Assembly: GCA_046048995.1 (NCBI GenBank)
Contig: JBJOEZ010000016.1
Span: forward strand, 7,243 to 71,242
Length of the DNA stretch: 64,000 nt
Direction of reading: 5' to 3'
Origin: Verrucomicrobiota bacterium
GTDB taxonomy: Bacteria > Verrucomicrobiota > Verrucomicrobiia > Limisphaerales > JADJPG01
In this document: positions 43,195 through 51,568 of the stretch, one piece after another
Position numbering within the stretch: the stretch's first letter is position 1
Layout of the letters: every line of letters begins with the position of its first letter
Notes under the pieces: generated by a model
What the model was told of the DNA's origin: nothing
The model's input: the letters and a program-made list of their open reading frames with translations, nothing else
Databases searched by the model: none
Translations under genes and position numbers: made by a program

Positions 43195-44348
43195 CCGTTC
43201 CGGCGCAGCGCCACCGCGATCTGCAGGCGCATGGCCTGCACCGCCGGCACCACACCCGTGATCAGCCCCAGCGCCGCCGTCAGCACCACGCCGGCCACCA
43301 GGGACGAGGTGGGCAGGAAGAAGACCGGCAGCATGTTCGGCACCGGGCTCCCCTGCGCCGCGATGGCCCAGGCCGCCCCCAGCCCGGCCAACCCGCCCAC
43401 GCCCGCCAGCAGGCAGGACTCGGCCAGCACCAGCACCAGCACCAGCCCGTTCGGGAAACCCATCGCCTTCAGCACCCCCAATTCCTCGGTCCGTTCCCGC
43501 ACCGACTGCGCCATCGTGTTGCCCGCCACCAGCAGGATGGTGAAGAACACCGCGCTCAGGATGGCAATCAGGATGCTCCCGATGTCCCCGACCTGCTGGG
43601 CAAAGCCCTGCATGAAGGCCCCCTCCGGCTCCGCCTTGGTCTCGTTGGGGGAATTGGCAAACTCCTGGTCAATGCGCTGCGCCACCGCCGCCGCCTCGCC
43701 CGGGTCTTCCACCCGCACGATATACCAGCCCACCTGCCCCTCCCCCTGCGCCCGGCCCTCGTCAAAGTAATCGTAGCGGAAGAACAGCGCCGTGGTGTCC
43801 GTGCCCTTCTTGGCGCCGTCATAAATGCCCACCACCTTGAACTCCCAGGCCACCTCGCCTTCGCGCGGCCAGATGGGCGACTTCAGGGGCACCGCCTGGC
43901 CCACCTGCCACCCGAATCGATCCGCCAGCGCCCGCCCCACCACCGCCCCGTTGCGCGTCTGCAGCCAGGCCTGCCGCTGGTCCTCCGGCAGCAGATACTC
44001 CGGATACATCTGCAGATAGGCCCCCGGATCCACCGGGAAACTCGGGAAAAAATTCTTCGGCTCGTCCTGGTAAATCCCGTTGAACCACGTGGCATGGACG
44101 GCCGAGGCCACCCCCGGCAGGCGCTGCATGCGCTCCCGGTAGCTGACCGGCAGGGTCATGATCAGCGAGACCTTGTGCCGGACAATCAACCGATCCGCCC
44201 CCGCCATGGTCACCCCGGCCGTGAACGCCTCCTTCACGGAGCACAGCAGCCCGTAGAGCAGGAAGGCCACGAACACCGACAGCAGGGTCAGCGCCGTGCG
44301 CAGCTTCTTGCGCCGCAGGTTGGCCTGGATCAGGAAGAAAAACTTCAT
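43191..44348 (-). CDS. ABC transporter permease, FtsX/MacB-LolCE type (first of two)
   Basis: MKFFFLIQANLRRKKLRTALTLLSVFVAFLL..., then a periplasmic domain, then ..RTEELGVLKAMGF.. in the FtsX domain. The track start (GTG 44372) would overlap the ATPase stop by 4 nt; the ATG at 44348 gives the more typical N-terminus. Confidence 0.8.
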   Translation of the reverse strand: MKFFFLIQANLRRKKLRTALTLLSVFVAFLLYGLLCSVKEAFTAGVTMAGADRLIVRHKVSLIMTLPVSYRERMQRLPGVASAVHATWFNGIYQDEPKNFFPSFPVDPGAYLQMYPEYLLPEDQRQAWLQTRNGAVVGRALADRFGWQVGQAVPLKSPIWPREGEVAWEFKVVGIYDGAKKGTDTTALFFRYDYFDEGRAQGEGQVGWYIVRVEDPGEAAAVAQRIDQEFANSPNETKAEPEGAFMQGFAQQVGDIGSILIAILSAVFFTILLVAGNTMAQSVRERTEELGVLKAMGFPNGLVLVLVLAESCLLAGVGGLAGLGAAWAIAAQGSPVPNMLPVFFLPTSSLVAGVVLTAALGLITGVVPAVQAMRLQIAVALRRNG

Positions 44349-44368
44349 GGCGTCCCGGGCAGCCGGCC

Positions 44369-45064
44369 TCACTCCGGCCGGTTGGCCAAAAGCTGCCCCT
44401 TCTCCAGGTAAACGGTGCGCGTGGCCCGCGCCGAGGCGTGCGGATCATGCGTCACCATGATGATGGTCTTGCCATGCTCCCGGTTCAGCGCCTGCAGCAA
44501 CCCCAGGATCTCGTCGCCACTCTTGCGATCCAGGTCCCCCGTCGGCTCGTCGCACAACAACAGCGTCGGATCCGTCACAATCGCCCGGGCAATGCCGGTG
44601 CGCTGCTGCTCCCCGCCGCTCATCTGCCGCGGGTAATGCCGGGCCCGGTGCGACAACCCCACCACGCTCAACGCCGCCTCCACATGCCGGCGCCGCTCCG
44701 CCCGCGACAACCCGGTCAGCAGCAGCGGCAACTCCACGTTGCGCTCGGCCGTCAGCACCGGCAGCAGGTTGTAAAACTGGAAGACCAACCCCACATGCCG
44801 CGCCCGCCAGGCCGCCAGGGCCCGGTCCGGCAACTCGTCAATGCGCTCCCCCGCCACCTCCAGCCAGCCTTGCGAGGGCCGGTCCAACCCCCCAATCAGG
44901 TTCAACAGCGTGCTCTTCCCCGAACCCGACGGCCCCATCAAGGCCACAAACTCCCCCTGCTCAATCGTCAGCCGCAACTGCGACAACACCCGGATCTCCT
45001 CGCTGCCGCGGCGGAACACCTTGTCCACCTCCGCCCGCACCAGCGGTTGCCCCGCGGCCGTCAT
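44369..45064 (-). CDS. ABC transporter ATP-binding protein (MacB/LolD-like)
   Basis: Walker A GPSGSGKST, Q-loop, signature MSGGEQQR, Walker B LLLCDEPTGDLD, H-loop VTHD. The ATG at 45064 overlaps the adaptor gene stop by 4 nt (ATGA). The Gly-rich upstream extension of the track ORF (to 45226) is rejected. Confidence 0.9.
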   Translation of the reverse strand: MTAAGQPLVRAEVDKVFRRGSEEIRVLSQLRLTIEQGEFVALMGPSGSGKSTLLNLIGGLDRPSQGWLEVAGERIDELPDRALAAWRARHVGLVFQFYNLLPVLTAERNVELPLLLTGLSRAERRRHVEAALSVVGLSHRARHYPRQMSGGEQQRTGIARAIVTDPTLLLCDEPTGDLDRKSGDEILGLLQALNREHGKTIIMVTHDPHASARATRTVYLEKGQLLANRPE

Positions 45065-46305
45065 GGACGCCCCTCCGCCACCGCCTGGCCATCCTCCAGC
45101 CGGGCCGGGCCCTCCACCACCACCCGCTCCCCGCCCCGCACCCCCGCCGCCAGCACCACCTCCGCCCCCCGCGCCTCCCCCACCGTCACCGCCCGGCGCT
45201 CCACCCGGCCGCTGCGCACCACCCACACGTAGTCCCTTCCCGCCTCAGGCCGCAGGGCCGACCGCGGCAGCACCAGGCCCCCGCCAACCCCCGCCGACCC
45301 GGCTCCCGCCACGCCATTGGTGCCCGCCCCGCCTTGGAACGCCACTTTCACCCCCATCTCCGGCAGCATGCGCGCATCCAGCCGCTCAAAGCCCACCCGC
45401 ACCTTCACCGTCGCCTTCTGCCGATCGGCCGTCGGGATGATCGCAATCACCCGGCTGGGAATGCGCCAGTCCGCGTAGGCATCCAGGGTCGCCTCCACCG
45501 GCTGGCCGGCCGTCACCCGGTTGATGTAGCTCTCGTTCACGTCCACCTCCACCTCCAGTGAGGTCATGTCCACGATCGTGCAAATGCCGGTCCGCGTGAA
45601 GCCACCCCCGGCCGACAGGGGCGAGATCATCTCGCCCGGCTGGGCGTTCTTCGAGGTGACAATCCCGGTGAACGGGGCCCGAATAATCGTGTCGTCCAGC
45701 TGCTGCTTCCACACGGCCACCTCCCCCTCCGCCACGCCCACGTCGGCCGCCTGCTTGGCCAGCCGCGCCAGGAGCGACTTGGCCTCCGCCTCGGCCCGAT
45801 CCAGGTCCGAGGGGCTCGCAATCTGGTTGGTCGCCAGCTGCATCACCCGCCGATATTCCCGCTCCGCCTTGTCCAGGTTGGCCCGCGTTTCATCCAGGGC
45901 CTTGCGCGCCGACTCCAGCTGCGCCTCCGCCAGGCGCAGGCTCCGCTCCACGTTGGAGGCGTCCAGCCGCGCCAGCACCTGGCCGGCCTCCACCCGCATC
46001 CCCTCCTCCACCAGCACCTCCACCACCTTGCCCGACACCTTCGAGCTCACCGTGGCCACCCGCCGCGCGGTCACATACCCCGAGGCGTTCAACAAGGTCT
46101 GCCCCCCAACCGCCGCCCCGGCCATTTCGCGCACCGCCACGGTCTGCACGACGGCGGCCTTCACGCGGCCCTGCCACCAGAAAAACGCCCCGCCCAACCC
46201 CGCCAACAGCAATACCCCCACCAACACCCAGGGCGCCCGGCTTGGCCGGGGCGGGGGACGACGGTCGATGCGCAGGGCCTCAAGGGCTGTCTTGTCAGGA
46301 TTCAT
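45061..46305 (-). CDS. Efflux periplasmic adaptor subunit (HlyD/MacA membrane-fusion family)
   Basis: 414 aa. N-terminal TM (..WVLVGVLLLAGLGGAFFWW..), lipoyl-like ..GYVTARR...VSSKVSGKV..V.V.EG..V..GQVLA.LD, a coiled-coil hairpin, and a beta-barrel ..IRAPF.G.V......PGE... Confidence 0.85.
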   Translation of the reverse strand: MNPDKTALEALRIDRRPPPRPSRAPWVLVGVLLLAGLGGAFFWWQGRVKAAVVQTVAVREMAGAAVGGQTLLNASGYVTARRVATVSSKVSGKVVEVLVEEGMRVEAGQVLARLDASNVERSLRLAEAQLESARKALDETRANLDKAEREYRRVMQLATNQIASPSDLDRAEAEAKSLLARLAKQAADVGVAEGEVAVWKQQLDDTIIRAPFTGIVTSKNAQPGEMISPLSAGGGFTRTGICTIVDMTSLEVEVDVNESYINRVTAGQPVEATLDAYADWRIPSRVIAIIPTADRQKATVKVRVGFERLDARMLPEMGVKVAFQGGAGTNGVAGAGSAGVGGGLVLPRSALRPEAGRDYVWVVRSGRVERRAVTVGEARGAEVVLAAGVRGGERVVVEGPARLEDGQAVAEGRP

Positions 46306-46390
46306 GCCTGCAAAATGCTAGGAAATCCCTTTCCCCGCCCGGGGTCAAGGCTGGCAGCCGGGACGCGGGGACGCAGCGCCCCGGCCCTCC

Positions 46391-47044
46391 CTAAAACCAC
46401 CGCGCGAGGCGCAGGACCACGTCGCCGGAATCCCGCACCCACCACCCCAGGGCTTCCAGCACCCCGACCCGTGCGGTCAGCAGCGGAATGCCCAGCAGGA
46501 GCACCCCCACGTTCCCCAGGAACACAATCACCCCGGAAAACAGGTAGCCCTGGCTGGTGATGTCGCTCTGCCGCGTGCGCAGGATGTGCGCGGTCAGGGT
46601 GACATGAAACGCATAGGCCGCCCCGAGCAGGAGATGAAACCACACCAGGAAACGGGCCCAGCCAAAGATCAGGTGGCCGCCGGCAAAGACCAGGACGACC
46701 AGGACGGCATAGAGGGGAAAGAAATACGGTGCCAGCACGGTCAGGAAGTTGGAGCGCGAGACCACCACGTGCCCCCCCTTGGCCGTCGCCTTGAACCGCT
46801 GGACCCGCCCCCAGAACAGCCACGTCCAGACCGCGTGCGTCAACTCATGACCAAATACGTAGAGCAACATCGGCTTGGGCAGGAGCAGGAACACCACCAG
46901 CCAGCAGGCCGCCCCGCCCAGGAAAGGCACCCAGACCGTTTCCGCCCCGCCGCTGGCCCGCACCACCCGCATCAGGGCGGTCACCGCCCCGGCGCAGGCC
47001 GGCAGCAGCAGCATCGCCAGCAGGGTCTTCAACCACTTCGGCAT
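46391..47044 (-). CDS. Integral membrane protein with HExxH motif (putative zincin peptidase, DUF3267-like)
   Basis: 217 aa, about 5-6 TM segments. FGHELTHAVW contains H-E-x-x-H directly after a TM segment. Family assignment is from memory of DUF3267 and needs an HMM check. Confidence 0.55.
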   Translation of the reverse strand: MPKWLKTLLAMLLLPACAGAVTALMRVVRASGGAETVWVPFLGGAACWLVVFLLLPKPMLLYVFGHELTHAVWTWLFWGRVQRFKATAKGGHVVVSRSNFLTVLAPYFFPLYAVLVVLVFAGGHLIFGWARFLVWFHLLLGAAYAFHVTLTAHILRTRQSDITSQGYLFSGVIVFLGNVGVLLLGIPLLTARVGVLEALGWWVRDSGDVVLRLARWF

Positions 47045-47053
47045 GGCGTGGTT

Positions 47054-47977
47054 CTAACGCATCCCCCCCTCACCGGTCAGATCCAATCTTGCCGCCCGGG
47101 CAAGGCGACCCTCCCCCGCCGGCGGCCGCGTCCGCATGTAGTGGAAAAGATACTGCTGCGCATAGCCCGCCTGCGGCCCGAAGTGCGTGTCCGCAAACGC
47201 GCGCAGCCGGCGCGGCGACGGCCGTCGCCGCGGAAAATACAGGTCGCGCAGCGCCCGGCGCACCCAGACATCCACCGGAAAGGCCGTCGGGAACCCCAGC
47301 GAAAACAGCAGGACACAGTCGGCAATCTTCTCCCCCACCCCCCGCAGGCCGGTCAAGGCGGCCCGCGCCTCGCCCACTGGCAGCCCGGCCAACGCCGCCA
47401 AATCCAGCTCGCCGGACGCCACCCGGCGCGCCGCCCCCAGCAGGTTGGGCGCGCGGAATCCCATCTTGCACGCCCGCAATTCCGCCTCGCCCGCCTCCAC
47501 CAAGCGCGCCGGCGTCGGGAACGCAAAAGCCGGGGCGTTCCCCGCCGGCACCGCCACGGGTTCGCCAAAACGGTGGCAAAGCAGTTCCACAATCTGCCGG
47601 ATCTGCACAATCTGCTTGGTGGACGACAGGATGAACGAGGCCAGGCATTCCCAGGGTTCCTGGCGCAGCAGGCGCAACCCACGGCAGGCGTCCACCGCCT
47701 CGCGCAGCGGGGCGTCCCCGGGAAACGTGCGCAGCACCGCGTCGAGATCGAGGTCGGACTGCAGATAGTGCCGCAGCCAGTCCCAGTCCGGCCCCGGCGC
47801 GACCGCCTCCGCCGCAATCCCCCCGGCGGCCGGCCGCAACCGGACCCAACGCGCCCCAATCACCCCCTCCCACGCGCCCGCCCCCACCTGGATCCACCGG
47901 AACGCCTGGCCGCAGCCAAGGGTGGCCGCCAGGTCGTAGTCCGGCGCCGGCAACAGGGTGGACGCAAGGGGTGCCAT
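47054..47977 (-). CDS. ogg: 8-oxoguanine DNA glycosylase / AP lyase (Ogg1-type, HhH-GPD)
   Basis: 307 aa. LTGLRGVGEKIADCVLLFSLGFPTAFPVDVWVRR is the HhH-GPD motif, with the catalytic Lys in G-x-K-[IV]-ADC and the Asp in PVDVW. The N-terminal ..GQAFRW.. is typical of the OGG N-domain. Confidence 0.8.
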   Translation of the reverse strand: MAPLASTLLPAPDYDLAATLGCGQAFRWIQVGAGAWEGVIGARWVRLRPAAGGIAAEAVAPGPDWDWLRHYLQSDLDLDAVLRTFPGDAPLREAVDACRGLRLLRQEPWECLASFILSSTKQIVQIRQIVELLCHRFGEPVAVPAGNAPAFAFPTPARLVEAGEAELRACKMGFRAPNLLGAARRVASGELDLAALAGLPVGEARAALTGLRGVGEKIADCVLLFSLGFPTAFPVDVWVRRALRDLYFPRRRPSPRRLRAFADTHFGPQAGYAQQYLFHYMRTRPPAGEGRLARAARLDLTGEGGMR

Positions 47978-48004
47978 CGATGTTTCAGGTCCGTCCCCGC
48001 CCGC

Positions 48005-50194
48005 TCAGCGGAGTTCCCGGCACGCAAACAGGTGCATCTGGTGGTAGACCTGCTTGCGATGGCGGATGGGGAACACGCCCAGGTCTGTCACCGACTTGAA
48101 CTGGGCGGCCACCGCCGGCGGGATGGGCTTTGAGCCGTCATCGAACTGCACGAAAATCGCGTTGTCCCCGCGCCGCCGCTCCGCATAGCGGTAGTGCGGC
48201 CAGAAATGGAACTGGTTTTTGGGCCGGGCGCCCAGCTGGCAAAAGACCAGCGGGTCCAGGGGCAGCCCGGCCCGCGCCTCCGGCAGGTAAAAGCTGATTT
48301 GGCCGGCCGGCCCGTAGTGCCCGGTCAGGATGAACACCGGGCGCCCCTCGCCGAGCAGCTTCTGCCGCTCCCGCCCGGCCACCCGGGCGATGTCACGGAT
48401 GCCCACCACGCGCCGAAGGGGATCCAGGCGCGCCGGCAGGTGCAGGCCCGTGAGCTTGGTGACCAGTTCGGAATCATGGAGCACCGGCACGGTGGCGACG
48501 CCGTAAACGCAGGCCGCCATGAGCCAGGGTTTCACCCCGCCGGCCCCCTCGCGCCAGCGCCGGTCCCAGTAAAGGGCCATGTGACAGAACATGGGCACGA
48601 CGGCGGCCGCAATCCAGTTGGGATGGACCCGGGCCCGGAGGGCCAGCAGCGTGTAGGCCAGGAAGAGGGGCGCCCCCATGGCAAAGAGGTAGACCAGGCG
48701 CTCGTCGTCCCGGTAGCGGCGCCAGAACGCCACCGCGGAGATCACGGCCGCCCCCAGGCAGACGGGGTTGAGCAGCCCGGCCTCCGCCCCGAGGAAATCC
48801 AGCAGGTAACGCGTGGTCGGCCGCCACGACTTGTCCACCTGCGCGTTGTCGCCCAGGTGCGCCAGGGTCACCCAGCCATGTTGCGCGTTCCAGATCAGCA
48901 CCGGCAGGGAGCAGAGGGCCACGATCCCAAGGGCCAGCCACGGCCCCGCCCGCCGCAGATGCCCCCGCGCCGGCCGGTGCAGGGCAAAGAAAACCGCCCA
49001 GCACCCGACCTGGGCCAGCGCCGTGTACTTGCTCAGGAAACCCAGCCCCGTCCACAGCCCGACCCAGAGCCAATGGACCGTGCGCCCATCCGGCTGCAGT
49101 GCCCGCCAACCCGCCACCATCGCGGCCGTCCAGAACGTCACCAGCCAGGGGTCCACGGTCATGAGCAACGACCCCGCGCACAGCAGCGGGGTCAGGTTCA
49201 ACAGGAGCACCGTGATCAAGGCCACCCGCGCGCTGGCCAGGCGGGTCAGGAAGCGAAGCACCACCACGCCCAACACCAGGGCGAGCACGGGCGGGAAAAA
49301 GCGGACCCCGAACGTGGTGTCGCCCCAGAGGTGGGTGCCCGCCCAGTGCCCCCACGCGATCAGGGGCGGCTTGCTGAAATAGGAAAGGGCCGGGTTCTTC
49401 GACCACAGCCATTGATAGGCCTCGTCCTCGCTCAACTGGATCGACTCGTCCGCCAGGTAGGCCAGGCGCGCCAGGCAGATGACGACCAGCAGCACGACGC
49501 CCAGGCGCGCCCACTGGGCATCCCGCAGGGCGGCCGTGTCGGCCCCGGTCGCCCCGGAGACCGCGGGCGGCGGAACGGTGGGGGTCGTGGCGGGCCCCGG
49601 CCCCGGCACCAGCGAGGGCAGGCGTTCCCACCAGAGGGGAAACCAGCGCGGCCCCGCCCGGCCCCAGGCGGCGCCGGCGATCGCCAGCAGGGCCAGCACG
49701 TAGCCGGCCCCGAGCAGGGCGCCCGCCAGCACATCCGACGGGTAATGCACCCCAAGATACACGCGGGAGAACGCCATCAGGACCGCCAACCCAAGCAGCA
49801 CGCGCCCGGCGCGCGGGTAGTAGAGGAGCGTGACGGTGGCGGCGGCGAACCACACGCTGGTATGGGCCGACGGCATGCTGCGGTTGGAGCCCCGGCCCGA
49901 GAGCACATGCACCCCTTCCAGCGCATTGAAGGGACGGGGACGGGAGATGAGATCCTTGAGCGGCCCAATCACCGTCAACTCACCGAGCAGCAGGGCCAGG
50001 GCGAGCAGGCCGGCATAGAGGCGGCCACGCCCCCCTCCGCGCCAGCACAGGAGGGCCAAGCCCAGGAGCACCGCCGGGATGAAAAAGGCGTTGCCGTCGA
50101 GGAGCGGCAGGAGGAGATCAAGCGGGGCGCAGCTCAGGGTGTCGTTGATGAAACGAAACACCGCGATGTCGAGCGACTGCAGCCAGGCCAGCAT
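48005..50194 (-). CDS. Fusion protein: N-terminal PAP2 (acid phosphatase / lipid phosphate phosphatase) domain plus C-terminal GT-C glycosyltransferase (ArnT/PMT-like, GT39/GT83-type)
   Basis: PAP2 motifs KDLISRPRP, PSAHTS and SRVYLGVHYPSDV lie in the first ~200 aa. After a Pro-rich linker (..PGPGPATTPTVPPPAVSG..) comes a GT-C N-terminus SEDEAYQWLWSKNPALSYFSKPPLIAW, about 10 TM segments and a soluble C-domain. Start chosen at ATG 50194 (MLAWLQSLD..); the track start is at 50272. Confidence 0.8.
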   Translation of the reverse strand: MLAWLQSLDIAVFRFINDTLSCAPLDLLLPLLDGNAFFIPAVLLGLALLCWRGGGRGRLYAGLLALALLLGELTVIGPLKDLISRPRPFNALEGVHVLSGRGSNRSMPSAHTSVWFAAATVTLLYYPRAGRVLLGLAVLMAFSRVYLGVHYPSDVLAGALLGAGYVLALLAIAGAAWGRAGPRWFPLWWERLPSLVPGPGPATTPTVPPPAVSGATGADTAALRDAQWARLGVVLLVVICLARLAYLADESIQLSEDEAYQWLWSKNPALSYFSKPPLIAWGHWAGTHLWGDTTFGVRFFPPVLALVLGVVVLRFLTRLASARVALITVLLLNLTPLLCAGSLLMTVDPWLVTFWTAAMVAGWRALQPDGRTVHWLWVGLWTGLGFLSKYTALAQVGCWAVFFALHRPARGHLRRAGPWLALGIVALCSLPVLIWNAQHGWVTLAHLGDNAQVDKSWRPTTRYLLDFLGAEAGLLNPVCLGAAVISAVAFWRRYRDDERLVYLFAMGAPLFLAYTLLALRARVHPNWIAAAVVPMFCHMALYWDRRWREGAGGVKPWLMAACVYGVATVPVLHDSELVTKLTGLHLPARLDPLRRVVGIRDIARVAGRERQKLLGEGRPVFILTGHYGPAGQISFYLPEARAGLPLDPLVFCQLGARPKNQFHFWPHYRYAERRRGDNAIFVQFDDGSKPIPPAVAAQFKSVTDLGVFPIRHRKQVYHQMHLFACRELR

Positions 50195-50304
50195 GGAGCC
50201 CGCAGTGTGGCGAGGGCCCCGGAGGCTGCAAGGGGGAAAGCGCAGCCGCTGCCGCCATCGGGGGCTTGTCACCCGTCACGGCCCCGCCTTAACTCGGCCC
50301 CCAT

Positions 50305-50706
50305 ATGGATTCCCTATGGAACTGGATCTGGCGCGACGGCAGCCTCTTTGGGGCGCACTGGAGCGCCTGGGAAATCGTGGGGTGGACCGGCAACCTGCTC
50401 TTCACCTCGCGGTTCTTCGTGCAGTGGTGGGCCACGGAAAAACACCAGCGGGTCGTGGTGCCCCCGGTGTTCTGGTGGATCAGCATGGCCGGGTCCGGCT
50501 GCCTGCTGGCCTACGGGTTCTCCCAGAAGAATTCCGTCTTCATCTTTGCCTACCTCTTCACCTGGATCCCCTACATCCGGAACCTCATCATCGGCAGCCG
50601 CGTCCGGCGCGCCACCCCCCCCTGCCCCTCCTGCCGGGCCGAGCAGGCCGTCCCGGGCCGGTTCTGCCCCTCCTGCGGCGTCCGCCTGGCCCCGCCCGCG
50701 GCCTGA
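50305..50706 (+). CDS. Small membrane protein with a lipid-A-biosynthesis N-terminal (LAB_N-like) domain and a C-terminal zinc-ribbon
   Basis: WEIVGWTGNLLFTSRFFVQWWATEKHQRVVVPPVFWWISMAGSGCLLAYGF resembles the LAB_N domain (family recalled from memory). The tail CPSCRAEQAVPGRFCPSCG is a CxxC...CxxC ribbon. Divergent from the PAP2::GT-C gene. Confidence 0.65.
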   Translation: MDSLWNWIWRDGSLFGAHWSAWEIVGWTGNLLFTSRFFVQWWATEKHQRVVVPPVFWWISMAGSGCLLAYGFSQKNSVFIFAYLFTWIPYIRNLIIGSRVRRATPPCPSCRAEQAVPGRFCPSCGVRLAPPAA

Positions 50707-50722
50707 CCCTTCCCCGCCCGGT

Positions 50723-51184
50723 TCAACGCCCCGCCGGGGGCGCCACCACCGGCCCCGGTCCCGGAGCCGTGGCCGGGACGGGAACCAGCGCACGGTTCAA
50801 ATACTGCGGCAGCGAACTGCGGTAGCGATCCAGCACGTTGCTCTGGAAATCCCGCCGCGTCGCGGCATAGGCCTGCAGCCGGGCCAGGAACTGGGTGATT
50901 TCAGGCTGCCGGTTCCGCTGGAACTCCGCCTCCGTCCGCAACACCACCGGCCGCTGCTCGTTCACCTGCTGCTCCACCAGGCGCATCTGCTTGAAGAAAA
51001 ACAGATTCACGCCCAGCGCCAGGCACACCAGGGCCACCAGCGCGCCGTTCAGCAACCGGCGCATGTCCTGGTTCTCCTGCACCAACGCGGCCAGGACGCC
51101 CTGCGCATCCGGGCGGGCTTCGGCGAGCGGCGCCGGCACCGGGCCCGCGGTCGACGGTGGGATCTGGGGTTCCGGGATATCCAT
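50723..51184 (-). CDS. Hypothetical single-pass membrane protein
   Basis: MDIPEPQ..., one TM (LLNGALVALVCLALGVNLFFF), a helical Q/R/E-rich segment and a Pro-rich tail. High GC3. The ATG at 51184 lies 10 nt after the stop of the upstream small gene. Confidence 0.45.
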   Translation of the reverse strand: MDIPEPQIPPSTAGPVPAPLAEARPDAQGVLAALVQENQDMRRLLNGALVALVCLALGVNLFFFKQMRLVEQQVNEQRPVVLRTEAEFQRNRQPEITQFLARLQAYAATRRDFQSNVLDRYRSSLPQYLNRALVPVPATAPGPGPVVAPPAGR

Positions 51185-51194
51185 GGCCACGTCC

Positions 51195-51485
51195 TCAGCG
51201 CGGAGCCCGCATCCCGGCCCCGGCGGCATTGGTGCCCGGGCCCGGCTTCAGGTTGAACTGCAGCAGCAAGGGGTCAAGGTCGGGGCTGCGCCGGCTGTAG
51301 TCGATCGTCTCCGCCACCAGCGACTGCAGGGCGGCCAGCGTCGTCTGCAGGCGGGCGTAACGCGCCTGCAGCGCCTGCGCCTCGCGCACCGTGTAAAAGT
51401 AGCGGACCGCCCACAGGCTCGCGGACAGGCAAAGCACAAACAACAACAGGACCAAGGTCACCCCCACCGGGTTGTTGCGAAACAT
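51195..51485 (-). CDS. Hypothetical small single-pass membrane protein (96 aa)
   Basis: MFRNNPVGVTLVLLLFVLCLSASLWAVRYFYTVREAQALQARYARLQTTLAALQSL... I translated the codons by hand and they show strong GC3. The longer track ORF (to 52397) is an extension inside the upstream gene. Confidence 0.45.
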   Translation of the reverse strand: MFRNNPVGVTLVLLLFVLCLSASLWAVRYFYTVREAQALQARYARLQTTLAALQSLVAETIDYSRRSPDLDPLLLQFNLKPGPGTNAAGAGMRAPR

Positions 51486-51568
51486 GGTCGCTGACCCTAA
51501 ACGGCACGCCCGGGGGCGGGAAGGCAAAAGGGACCCAGCGCGCTCAGCCCGGGCCGCCGGCCTGGCCC

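Noticed and set aside
45065-45226. Gly-rich N-terminal extension of the ABC ATPase ORF (MGGAQRPGGAPGGDGGGGAGGGGG...)
   Set aside because: It overlaps the 3' end of the adaptor gene. ABC ATPase homology starts at MTAAGQPLV (ATG 45064), which forms an ATGA overlap with the adaptor stop.
48194-51256. 1020-aa plus-strand ORF
   Set aside because: It is antisense to the PAP2::GT-C gene and runs across three other credible genes. Its translation is Arg/Pro/Gly/Gln-rich junk with no TM or catalytic motifs.
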